DNA of 64,000 bases from Bugula neritina (lineage: Eukaryota > Animalia > Bryozoa): contig OZ037768.1 in NCBI GenBank assembly GCA_964035545.1, positions 1,706,741-1,770,740 on the forward strand, written 5' to 3'. The number at the start of each line of letters is the position of its first letter. The first letter of the stretch is position 1. Shown here piece by piece: positions 25,683-38,000 of the stretch. The notes beneath the pieces were generated by a model. It was given only the letters and a program-made list of their open reading frames with translations, did no database searches and was not told the DNA's origin. A program made the position numbers and the translations under genes.

Positions 25683-28600
25683 ATGGCTTCTAGATTTATT
25701 TTGACTTGTTTTCTGTTTTGCTCATTCTCTGGTGCTGGTAAGTTTTTACTTGTTACAGTTGCTGCTGTTTCAAATATTTTTAGTTGTAAATTTTGGAATT
25801 TAAAGTTTATTTATATATATAATTTGATACAGTCGTAAGTTAATACAATTTAATTCTTGAGACAACCTTGATGTAACTCGCTAATGTATGGTTAATATAC
25901 GGCTTACATAGTGCAACCCGCACTTCCTGGAGATTGTGACTTCCAGAAAGATTTCTGTGGATATTCCAGAAGTGATCCGTCTAACTTCTTTTTCTCCTGG
26001 CAGCTGCGAGATGACGTGACATCTTCAAGTGGACCCAGTACTGGTCATACAGGGAAAGGTTTGTGCTTACATATTCTGTCATCCCACCAGAACATCTGAA
26101 GTTGCTCTGTTGTCTTACTGAGTAAAGTATACCTGCACAGTACTAGAATATTAAATTCTCTTACAGCATTGTGTACGTAGTAATTACAGTTTCAACATAC
26201 TGCTGTCAAATTTTAGGAACAAGCTTTTTGGTTGCTGACGGCAGAAAGTCTAGTCCTTCATTAGCCACATTGACCTCTCCAGTGATATCAGGTGGAGCTC
26301 AATGCTTACAGTTTTACTATCACGCGTCTGGAGTTAATCAAAGAAACCTTAGACTGGCCGTCTTACGCAAAGTCGGAAATACTAATAACCTTTTGTGGAG
26401 TCACTCTGGAGATGAGGGAAATCAATGGAATAAAGTGATGATAGATTTACCTGCAGGGGAGGACAAATACCAGGTTGAATGTTATGTTAATCTTTTTCTA
26501 ATTTAATTGGTTAGTGACTAAGCATAAGAGAACTGCATGGTGTACAGCACTTTTTAGTTACTTGTCAGTTATACTAAGGCTATACATTTAGCTAACAGCA
26601 TTATTTGATTTGGAATAACATGTTCTATGCAGGTTGTGTTTGAAGCCAAGAAACTGACCACTAGTTTTGGAAATAAATATGAAGTGATTGGTTTGGATGA
26701 CATCCAGTTTGAAGCAAATCCGTGTCCAGGTATGATTCTGCAGACAGCAAATGTTTATTATTAAAAAAGTTTGTTATTGTTGGAAGTGTTGACAGAATCA
26801 CTGCTAAAGCTTACCCAGAATATCTTTCAAGAACCACCAAATTTCTGGACAGCTCTCTCTCCTATAAACTTTCTATCCCAAACTCATCTCAAAACATATA
26901 TATGCTAGCTCATGCAATCACTTTAAACTGCATTGTAATTATCTAAGAATTCATACCTGGTCTTACGTGACTTTTTTTCCCATATTAAAACTTTAAAAAA
27001 CTATTAAGTTGTAGATGAAAATAAATGCAGAGAAAGTTGTTATTTATGATGTTTGATTTGCTGCTAGAATTAATTTTTAAAAACATAAAGCCACGGTGTG
27101 GCCCTTAACAAGCATTTTCAATGTATGGGATTTTTCCTGTGTGTTGGGATTTCATGGTGACTTGTAAATGTAAAAGAAGGTTTTGCAAAAAAAGCTCTTT
27201 CAGGGTTTCCACTGTAATAAAAAAGTAAATTGTTTTGAATTGCTATGATACCTGATGTATTTGTTATAGGCCAGGGGTGTAAAAACTGCAAGTAGGGGTA
27301 TAAATAAGTTAAGCCAGGGGTGTGTATATTGTAGTCTGAGGTATACATATTTCGGACAGGCTATTTGGAAATTAGATCTAATACTATAAATAGTAATCAA
27401 TTATTAGTATTTTATATTTGTCAAACCAGGGAAACCAACTAAAGTCAAACCAACTACAGCAAAACCAACTACAGCAAAACCAACTACAGTCAAGCCAACT
27501 ACAGAGATGCCGACAGCTAAACCCTTTAATGTGAATTTAGCCGTCAGTGCACTTCCCGGAGATTGTGACTTCCAGAAAGATCTCTGTGGATATTTCAGAA
27601 GTGACACGTCTAACTTCTATTTCTCCTGGCAGCTGCGAGATGTTGTGAGATCTTCAAGTGGACCCACTACTGGTCATACAGGGAAAGGTAGTTTTGTTAA
27701 TCATCTGTTTTTTTACAATAAATGACATTTCAAATATAGTTTCACTTTGATCTCCCATCCTCTAATGTGATTTGTTTTGCAGATCTTCTGTAAAGTATAA
27801 CTTATTAACCCATTACTGCACCTACCTCAAAATATAATTGTTGGTTCGTAATAAAAATATTGTTCAAATTAATATTACTTTCAGGAAGAGACTTTCTGGT
27901 TGCTGACGCTACTAAGTTTAGTCCTAAAGTAACAACAATGACCTCTCCTATGTTATCAAGTAGAGCTCAGTGTTTACAGTTTTATTATCACTCGTCTGGA
28001 GTCAATCAGAAGAATGTTGGACTAGAAGTGTTATATAAGAACAGCAGTTCAAGTGAAGTTCTGTGGAGTCACTCTGGAGATGAGGGAAATCAATGGAATA
28101 AAGTGATGATAGATTTACCTGCAGGGGAAGACAACTATCAGGTAATGACTCATTTCACTCATTTAAATACTTTATATTATATAGATAGCTGCTTGTAAAT
28201 TCTAGTTTGCAGATGATAAACCAATAAAAGCCTTCAACTATTTTGGTAGGTTCTTAGAAAATTTTACTATTTTAGGTTGTGTTTCAAGCGAAAAAGTTAA
28301 GCACCAGTTTCCTGGATAAATTTGACGTGATTGGTTTGGATGACATCAGCTTCTCAACATCTCCCTGCTCAGGTGTGTAGCATATAGTTATAGAATCGAA
28401 GGATTTTATACTTTTCACTGAGATAATAATTGTTTAGTAATTCTTTACATGTTTTCCATACATTCCATCTACTTCCTGTTAATATAATGTTATAGCCGTG
28501 AGTCTCATTCTTGTTGTCACAATCAGTTGTCTTCTCATGTATTTCAACATCAGTTACTAGTTAAAGTGAAGTTCTGGTGGGACAGAGTTTCTTGTCTTTA

Positions 28601-31031
28601 CAGATCCTCTTGTATTTCTCTCACTCTGGTTAGGATTTAGATAGCAGTGTATGGGATCAGCATATGTCCTAGCTGCTAATAGCCCGGACAGCTGTTGATT
28701 TTATCTCATTGGCTAAAGAGAAAGGTTGGGGTTCAGAGGTTAAAGGTTGTTTGATCGTAATTTTTAGTGAAAATTTGTAAAGTAAGATCTCATTGACCAG
28801 TTCTGAGTATTTTCAAGGTTCAAGGCCTTTCAAACCCCTAACCTTAAAAATAATGTCCTTTGAATTGAGGAAAAAACTGGTGAATTAGCATTCTTTTTTT
28901 GTCTAGACAGAAAATGTATGTAGTGTGAATAAGTTTTAGCTGATGAATATGTGCGCGTAAGACTATAGCAGGCTACAGGTTCCTATCTCCAGGGATCCTT
29001 TAGTTGCTAACTATTGAGCGGACAACTCTATATATTTGAGCTGTGTTTCTCTGCTGTTGAGAAATCTCACTCGGTTCAACTCACAGTGTTAGGTGGCTAT
29101 GACTTACTCTATGTTAATCAATACCTGATTCATGTGAAACGCATCTTGAGAGTTATTGCTGCTTTCTTATGTTAATAATGGTAGGAAACTCTCACAGTAT
29201 ATAATTGCTCTGCTGTCAGCTACATTTAGTTTGAATGAAGAGATATTTTTATTGCACATGGAAAGACTCTTTGTCAATATAATTTATATCTTCAAGTCTG
29301 CAATTTCTTCACCTAGGTCCATTAACAGTCAAACCAACTACAGTCAAACCAACTACAGTCAAACTAACTACAGTCAAACCAACTACAGTCAAACCGACCA
29401 CAGTTAAACCGACTACAGTCAAACCAACTACCGCAAAACCCACTACAGTCACACCAACTACAGTCCTACCTACTACAGTCAAACCAACTACAGTCAAACC
29501 AACTACAGTCAAACCAACTACAGCAAAACCAACTACAGCAAAACCAACTACAGTTGAACCAACTACAGTCAAACCAACTACAGTCAAACCAACTACAGTC
29601 AAACCTACTACAGTCAAACCCACTACAGTCAAACCCACTACAGTCAAACCAACTACCGTCAAACCAACTACAGTCAAACCAACTACAGTCAAACCAACTA
29701 CAGCAAAACCCACTACAGTCAAACCCACTACAGTCAAACCCACTACAGTCAAACCAACTACAGTCAAACCAACTACAGTCAAACCAACTACAGTCAAACC
29801 CACTACAGTCAAATCAACTACAACTAAACCAACTACAGTCAAACCAAATACAGTTGAACCAACTACAGTCAAACCAACTACAGTCAAACCCACTACAGTC
29901 AAATCAACTACAACTAAACCAACTACAGTCAAACCAAATACAATTAAACCAACTACAGTCAAACCAACTACAGTCAAACCAACTACAGCAAAACCCACTA
30001 CAGTCAAACCCACTACAGTCAAACCAACTACAGTCAAACCCACTACAGTCAAATCAACTACAACTAAACCAACTACCGCAAAACCCACTACATTCAAATC
30101 AATTACAACCAAACCAACTACAGCCAAACCAACTACAGCAAAACTAACTACAGTCAAACCAACTACAGTTAAACCAACTACAACTAAACCAACTACAGTC
30201 AAACCAACTACAGTCAAACCTACTACAGTCAAACCTACTACAGCAAAACCAACTACAACTAAACCAACTACCGCGAAACCTACTACAGTCAAACCAACTA
30301 CAGTCAAACTAACTACAGTCAAACCAACTACAACTAAACCAACTACAGTCAAACCCACTACAGTCAAACCAACTACAGCAAAACCCACTACAGGTAAACC
30401 AACTACAACTAAACCAACTACAGTCAAACCAACTACAGTCAAACCAACTACAGTCAAACCAACTACAGCAAAACCAACTACAGCTAAACCCACTACAGTC
30501 AAACCCACTACAGTCAAACCAACTACAGTCAAACCCACTACAGTCAAACCAACTACCGCAAAACCCACTACATTCAAACCAACTACAGTCAAACCCACTA
30601 CAGTTAAACCAACTACAACTAAACCAACTACAGTCAAACCCACAACTGCAAAACCAACTACAGTCACACCCACTACAGTGGTATCAACTACGGCTCAGCC
30701 AGTCTTCACTGAAAAAGTTTTTCTTGAACCGAGTAAACTCTTGCGTCTGCTGGTTGCATTGTCTTCTGCGAGACAAGGGAGACCTCAACAGAACCATCTC
30801 TCACCATCGTTCCTCTCAACCATTACTGGTTTTGTCTCGCAGTTGCAACAGTTGGTTCGGCAAAGATCAGATAAACTGTTGGCAGCGAAGGATGAAGAAG
30901 ACTTCTTTGGTAGGGAAATAGCCCGAGGACTTCGTCTTGTCAGTGACGAGTATAAACGGGAGCTGCTAAAGAGTAAAATGAGACAACTCCTACTAGATTC
31001 AAGATTTCCCAACTATCAAAGGCAAAACTAA
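25683..31031 (+). CDS. Secreted MAM-domain mucin-like protein (signal peptide, 2 MAM, ~90 KPTT(V/A) repeats, helical BESS-like C-terminus); exons 25683-25737, 25912-26058, 26217-26473, 26633-26729, 27430-27687, 27885-28141, 28276-28372, 29317-31031
   Basis: Signal peptide MASRFILTCFLFCSFSGA; MAM motifs [10 protein letters not shown]...W...[32 protein letters not shown]...PC. Last exon is open and in frame from 29317 through the 30678 ORF to TAA; AATAAA at 31087; no TM helix. Confidence 0.85.
29331..30680 (+). repeat. Coding 15-bp repeat AAACC(A/C/T)ACTACAGTC = KPTT(V/A/T), ~90 copies
   Basis: Uninterrupted in-frame array in the last exon of the secreted MAM-mucin gene. Confidence 0.95.
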
Positions 31032-32059
31032 CATTTTATCTCTTTTGATCATTAGTGATGGAAATATATAGAATAATATGTATATTAATAAAGCTATCTA
31101 TTTTAATTGAAACACATCTGCTGGTTTCCGTTTTGTTCTTTGGATTGAAAGCTAACCAAGTGTTGACAATTTTGTATTTGCCAATTACAGGTGGTTATTA
31201 GACACCTAAAACATGTTATCTTGCAAAAATGCACAACACCTTAAATTTCAAACTTTGATCGTTTATCACATACTACATGCGCTAGAAGCTAATCCTGCCA
31301 CCATGAGCTTATCATATTTTTGTTTGAGTTTCTTATCTCCTGGGGAGAGTATCTACGTGGTACTATGAATGGGACCATCTTCCGTAGAGTACAACAGTGA
31401 TGGTAAATTATATTTTTCTAAACAAATGTCTTGTTTTTCACATTTTATCTTCTAAAATTGAACCTACTTCATACTTCCCACTTTTTAGTAGCAATAGTTG
31501 ATGCCTATGCTTGGTTGTATCACAGTAATTTATTCAACTTTAAATATGTTTAGCTTCCTTTTGCCTGTGTTGATATTTATTCTCTGGAAGATGCAGCTTC
31601 TAAATAAGCCAATAGTTGAACCACACCAATAACATAATTCTAATTATTGTAATATAATAATTATATCATGATAATTACACGTGTTCCTAGTAAAAAATTC
31701 TGGCAATCCCTAAAACATTTTCACTTCAATTTAATTCTAAATAAACTATAGAGGATAAAAAGATGTTTTATTTGCATTCAGAAACAATTAATGGGAGCTG
31801 TATTTTATCTCAAACGCAACTTTTAAGATATATCTTGGCTGCTTCTGCCTTTCAACACTTAATTAATCACACCTCATGGAAAATGAGATAACATCTGGTG
31901 GTGTGTTACAGTCTTATCTCTTGGCTCACACAAGACAAACATTGCAAGATTATCCTGTCACTTACTGGGTTACACTCAGTAGCATCTGTAACATTGGCTC
32001 ATAGTGCCAAATTGTTCCCAGACTTGATTTCTAGACGCTTTATATGGGACACTGTCGAC

Positions 32060-35000
32060 ATGACTTCTCTTTGCCTGCGTATAGTAGTCTTGGTTGTAGT
32101 GTGCAGCTCAACTCTTGTTAGTGGTAAGTGTTGCCTACCATCCTCGTGTTTTATATTAACAGCTGTTAACATGCTATTAAATACACTTTTTGGTATTTCT
32201 CTGGTAAAATAGACACTTGATCTATGTATAATATAACTCCAAAGACTAGGAGTTGCTGTACATTTTCTCTATAATCAGCATCAAGCTAGAATTGTTCACC
32301 TGCCCTACCGGTAATTCACTTCTTTGAAGTGTTTTTATTTATTGTGTATATTTATGCATAAAATATGTGTTTGTGATTACTTTCTTTAGCTGCCAGGTTT
32401 TATAGTATATTCTGCAACTTGTGACATAAGCTGTGGTTTATAATTGGTTGTTTTTCTTGCCTAAATTTGGAAAAAAAATTTCGTTGGTGTATAGCTTATT
32501 AACTGCCATCTGTTTTATAGTTTTGTTGTGCAATTAATGCATCTTAAAACCAGTGTTCAGTGTAAGTCATAGTAACTGCAAACGTAGAAAAGCTATTGCT
32601 CAATCATCCATACATGTTGTTGAATAAACTTTAGTTAGCTGACTAAGCAGTTGTCTTCTCTTGTCAAAGCCAGCTCTGTAGATTTAACTTCTCTTATTGT
32701 TGTGTATAGTGTTGATCTACATTGTAAGGTGTAGTCTTCAATATATACATATTTTCCAGGTCAGACAACTCCACAGATAGTGAATTTGAACACCACCATA
32801 GCTGATAGATCCAGTGTAGCAGAAAACTTCACTGCAAAGTCATCAACTCTGGTCGAGGAGGTAACAAAACAGACTACAGTCAAACCCTCTACAGCAAAAC
32901 CAACTACAGAAAAACCCACTACAGCTAAACCGACTACAGTCAAACCCACTACAGCAAAACCCACTACAGAAAAACCCACTACAGCTAAACCAACTACAGT
33001 CAAACACACTACAGTCAAACCCACTACAGTCAAACCAACTACAGAAAAACCCACTACAGCTAAACCAACTACAGTCAAACCCACTACAGCAAAACCCACT
33101 ACAGAAAAACCCACTACAGCTAAACCAACTACAGTCAAACACACTACAGTCAAACCCACTACAGTCAAACCAACTACAGAAAAACCCACTACAGCTAAAC
33201 CAACTACAGTCAAACCCACTACAGCAAAACCCACTACAGAAAAACCCACTACAGCTAAACCAACTACAGTCAAACACACTACAGTCAAACCCACTACAGT
33301 CAAACCAACTACAGAAAAACCCACTACAGCTAAACCAACTACAGTCAAACACACTACAGTCAAACCAACTACAGTCAAACCCACTACAGCAAAACCAACT
33401 ACAGTCAAACCAACTACAGTCAAACCAACTACAGCAAAACCCACTACAGAAAGCACAACTACAGTCAAACCAACTACAGCAAAACCCACTACAGCAAAAC
33501 CCACTACAGTCAAACCAACTACAGCAAAACCCACTACAGAAAGCACAACTACAGTCAAACCCACTACAGCAAAACCCACTACAGAAAGCACAACTACAGT
33601 TAAACCCACTACAGTCAAACCAACTACAGTCAAACTTACTACAGTCAAACCAACTACAGAAAAACCAACGACAGTCAAACCAACTACAGCAAAACCCACT
33701 ACAGCAAAACCCACTACAGTCAAACCAACTACAGTCAAACCAACTACAGTCAAACCCACTACAGCAAAACCCACTACAGAAAAACAACCTACAGTCAAAC
33801 CTACTAAAGTCAAACCAACTACAGTCAAACCTATTACAGTCAAACCCACCACCTCAAAGGCAGTACCTTTTGGTCCACTTCCCGGAGATTGTGACTTCCA
33901 GAAAGATCTGTGTGGATATTCTAGAAGTGACACGTCTAACTTCTTTTTCTCCTGGCAGCTGCGAGATGATGTGGCATCTTCAAGTGGACCTTCTACTGGT
34001 CATACAGGGAAAGGTTTGTACTTACATATTCTATCATTCCACCAGAACATCTGAAGTTGCTCTATTGTCTTACTGAGTATAGTATACCTGCACAGTACTA
34101 GAATATTGTATACTCTCTTACGGCAGTTCAAACATATAGTAATTGCAGTTTCAACATGCTGCTGTCTGATTTTAGGAACGAGCTTTTTGGTTGCTGACGG
34201 CACAAAGTTCAGTCCTTCATTAGCCACATTGACCTCTCCAGTGATATCAAGTAGAGCTCAATGCTTACAGTTTTACTATCATGCATCCGGAGTTAATCAG
34301 AGAAACCTTAGACTGGCCGTCTTACTCAAAGTCGGAAATACTAATAACCTTCTGTGGAGTCACTCTGGAGATGAGGGAAATCAATGGAATAAAGTGATGA
34401 TAGATTTACCTGCAGGGGAGGACAACTACCAGGTAGAATGTTATGTTAATTTATGTCTAATTTAATTAGTTAGTAACTAAACATAAGAGTACTGCATGGT
34501 GTACAGCACTTTTTAGTTACTTGTCAGTTATACTAAGGCTATGCATTTAGCTTACAGCGTTATTTGATGAAGAATAACATTTTCTATGCAGGTTGTGTTT
34601 GAAGCCAAGAAACTGACCACTAGTTTTGGAAATAAATATGAAGTGATTGGTTTAGATGACATCCAGTTTGAGGCAAATCCGTGTCCAGGTATGATTCTGC
34701 AGACAGCAAATGTTTCTATGTTAGTATGGTTGCAGCAGGCAACTCTCAACTAAAACTAATTGCAGTCAAATTGAGCATTTTGAGCACCAATTTGCATTGT
34801 CTGCTTGTATAGTAATAAAAAAGAATGCTGTTTTCAGTTATTAGCAAATTACTATTTAGGTATTCATTTGCCCTCCACTGCTCCATCAGTTTTATTATAC
34901 TGCATGTTGCTTGGCTCAACCTTACCTCAAGCATCTCAATCAATGTGAATCTGTGTGTCTGCGACATTATTTTATCATTTTACAATCTATGGTGCATCAT

Positions 35001-38000
35001 CTTTGGAAAATGTTTGCATATCTAGAACTTAAAACATGCAGTCCCAGTTATTATAACCACATAAGTACAGCCAGCTATGAGATAAAACCACATTTAAACT
35101 AAACTACATGTATCACAAGCTTGTTTTAAGTTGTTTTTTCAGATAGGAAATCTAAAAGATTGAAATTCTATACAAATGATTTCAAACATTTTTCAATGTT
35201 GCTTCATTATATGTGCAGCTTAATTAAATGAGTATAAATAATAAATTAGGTTAAAGTTGATGGCACAAAATTATTTTATTGCTGTAATTATTTACTCCAA
35301 TTAAAAATGTTGTGTTCATAGCAAAACCAACTACAGTCAAACCAACTACAGTCAAACCAACTACAACTAAACCAACTACAGTCAAACCCACTACAGTCAA
35401 ACCAACTACAGTCAAACCCGCTACAGTCAAACCAACTACAGTCAAACCAACTACAGTCACACCAACTACAGTCAAACCTACTACAGTTAAACCAACTACA
35501 GTCAAACCTACTACAGTCAAACCCACTACAGTCAAACCAACCACAGTCAAACCAACTACAGTCAAACCCACTACAGTCAAACCAACCACAGTCAAACCAA
35601 CTACAGTCACACCAACTACAGTCAAACCAACTACAGTCAAACTAACTACAGTCAAGCCAACTACAGAGATGCCGACAACTAAACTCTTTAATGTGAATTT
35701 AGCCGTCAGTCCACTTCCCGGAGATTGTGACTTCCAGAAAGATTTCTGTGGATATTCCAGAAGTGACACGTCTAACTTCATTTTCTCCTGGCAGTTGCGA
35801 AATGATGTGACAACTTCAAGTGAACCCACTACTGGTCATACAGGGAAAGGTAGTTTTTGCAACCGTATGTTTTTTTACAAAAAATGACATTTCAAATATA
35901 GTTTCACTTTGATCTCCCATCCTCTAATGTGATTTGTTTTGCAGATCTTCTGTAGAGTATAACTTATTAACCCATTACTGCACCTATCCCAAAATACAAT
36001 TGTTGGTTCGTAATAAAAATATTGTTCAAATTAAATTTACTTTCAGGAAGAGACTTTCTGGTTGCTGACGCTACTAAGTTTAGTCCTAAAGTAACAACAA
36101 TGACCTCTCCTATGTTATCAAGTAGAGCTCAGTGTTTACAGTTTTATTATCACTCGTCTGGAGTCAATCAGAAGAATGTTGGACTGGAAGTGTTATATAA
36201 GAACAGCAGTTCAAGTGAAGTTCTGTGGAGTCACTCTGGAGATGAGGGAAATCAATGGAATAAAGTGATGATAGATTTACCTGCAGGGGAAGATAAATAC
36301 CAGGTAACGGCTCATTTTACAGTGTATAATATTGGTAAATGCTTGTAATTTCCTATTTGCAGATGATATATTAATAAACGCATAACATTTCAATCCCCTT
36401 TATTTTTGGGTAATATTTACTAAAAACACTATGCTATAATACACGATGCATACAATTTTAGGTCGTGTTTCAAGTGAAAAAGTTAAGCACTAGTTTCCTG
36501 GATAAATTTGAGGTGATTGGTTTGGATGATATCAGCTTCACAGCATCTCCCTGCTCAGGTGTGTATGTAGTATATCAACATCTCCCTGCTCAGGTATGTA
36601 GTATATAGTTATACTCCATTTTGGTGTAGTAGTGGAGAAATTTTAATAGCCCAAGCTTTTTAGATTTTTTTTCTAAAATTTAGTGTGGGGTGTGGGTTGG
36701 AATTCTTTTGAGAACATAACTTATTTGCTACATTTTTAATTTCGAGCACAGGCTTTTCTCAATGGTCCTATTACTGCACCTACCTCTCTATATACATATA
36801 CATGGGACATAATAAGAATGAGCATCAAATTGAGGTTTACTATAGCCAAAGACAAGCATGTGTAATTCAGCAAGATTATGTAATCAAATGGGGGCCCCTT
36901 GTAGTGAATAACTAACATGCTTCATAGTACTACTATTGGTAAACTCTAACTAATGGGAAAGGAGAGCGGATTTATCTACATCTGTATTTGTAGGCTGATC
37001 TAAGTTTGTTCTACATTGAATGAGTTTATTGATTTTTATTTTTGTAACTTTATAAAATAATGTAACTCAACTTAATTATCTGATTGTACTAGGAGTTGCC
37101 CTTTCATGTGAGATTCCCAGTTAGTTAGAAGTCCTAAAGACACAAAAGCGATTAGGAACTACAAGCTTGTTCATGACAGTGTAGATTGTAGAAGTTTAGT
37201 AGTTACTAATTAGTGGTGTAAATCGTAGGTGAACTTAGAAATATAGATTCGATAAACTTCTTAAACTGTTGTTTAACATTTCGAATATCAGCATTAATTT
37301 AGTAATTCTGTCCCAGATGTAAATTTTTTCTGACTTCAGTTCAACTGGGAATCAGTATTGACAAATCCAGTGATTCAGTCAAACTGGAATGTGGTCAATA
37401 ATTGAGACGAAATAAACTCTAAATTCTTCTGATTCATGAACCATTGAATTTGAATAGACGCTTTGTTTACTAGAAACTTGCTGTGTTGGATCTTTTTCAG
37501 GTTTCACTGAATCCAAATATAACTTTATGAGTGTTATCTGTGAATAAACTGAGCGATTTGTGTGAATAAGCTGAGATGGGCGCTTTGGCTTTGGACACAC
37601 AGAATTGTGACTCGTTTATTCTATGAGTTATCTCAGCATGAGTTCACACGACTATTTCCTGTTTGATTAAAATTAACTTGTTTTATTTGGGACTTGCGAA
37701 AGTGTGTTGGGAATCCCTCTAAGGTGTAATAGTAGGGAGTATTCTCAGTGGGGCATCATTTCCTGTCACGGACTTATATAAGCTTATAGTTTCTGAAACT
37801 TGCAAGTCTCTCTTATGCTTTTTTTATTTGTATGTTTTTGGCTTTCAAATAAAGTCTGGAATCATATATTAGCAGACATTTTTTGGAAAATTGAGAAAGG
37901 TATATCGTTACAAATATTTTCCAAGTGGGCAGTTGATAGTTTATTTTATTTTAACTAGGTTTACCAACTACGTCCCTACCTACACTTTCAACTGAGAAAC

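Noticed and set aside
27200-27345. Possible MITE (CAGGGTTTCC... / CCAGGGGTGT direct repeats)
   Set aside because: No matching terminal inverted repeat or target-site duplication could be found.
31031-32060. Single giant gene joining both MAM-mucin units
   Set aside because: The first unit has a stop and AATAAA (31087) and the second has its own Met/signal-peptide exon; read-through splicing cannot be excluded but is unsupported.
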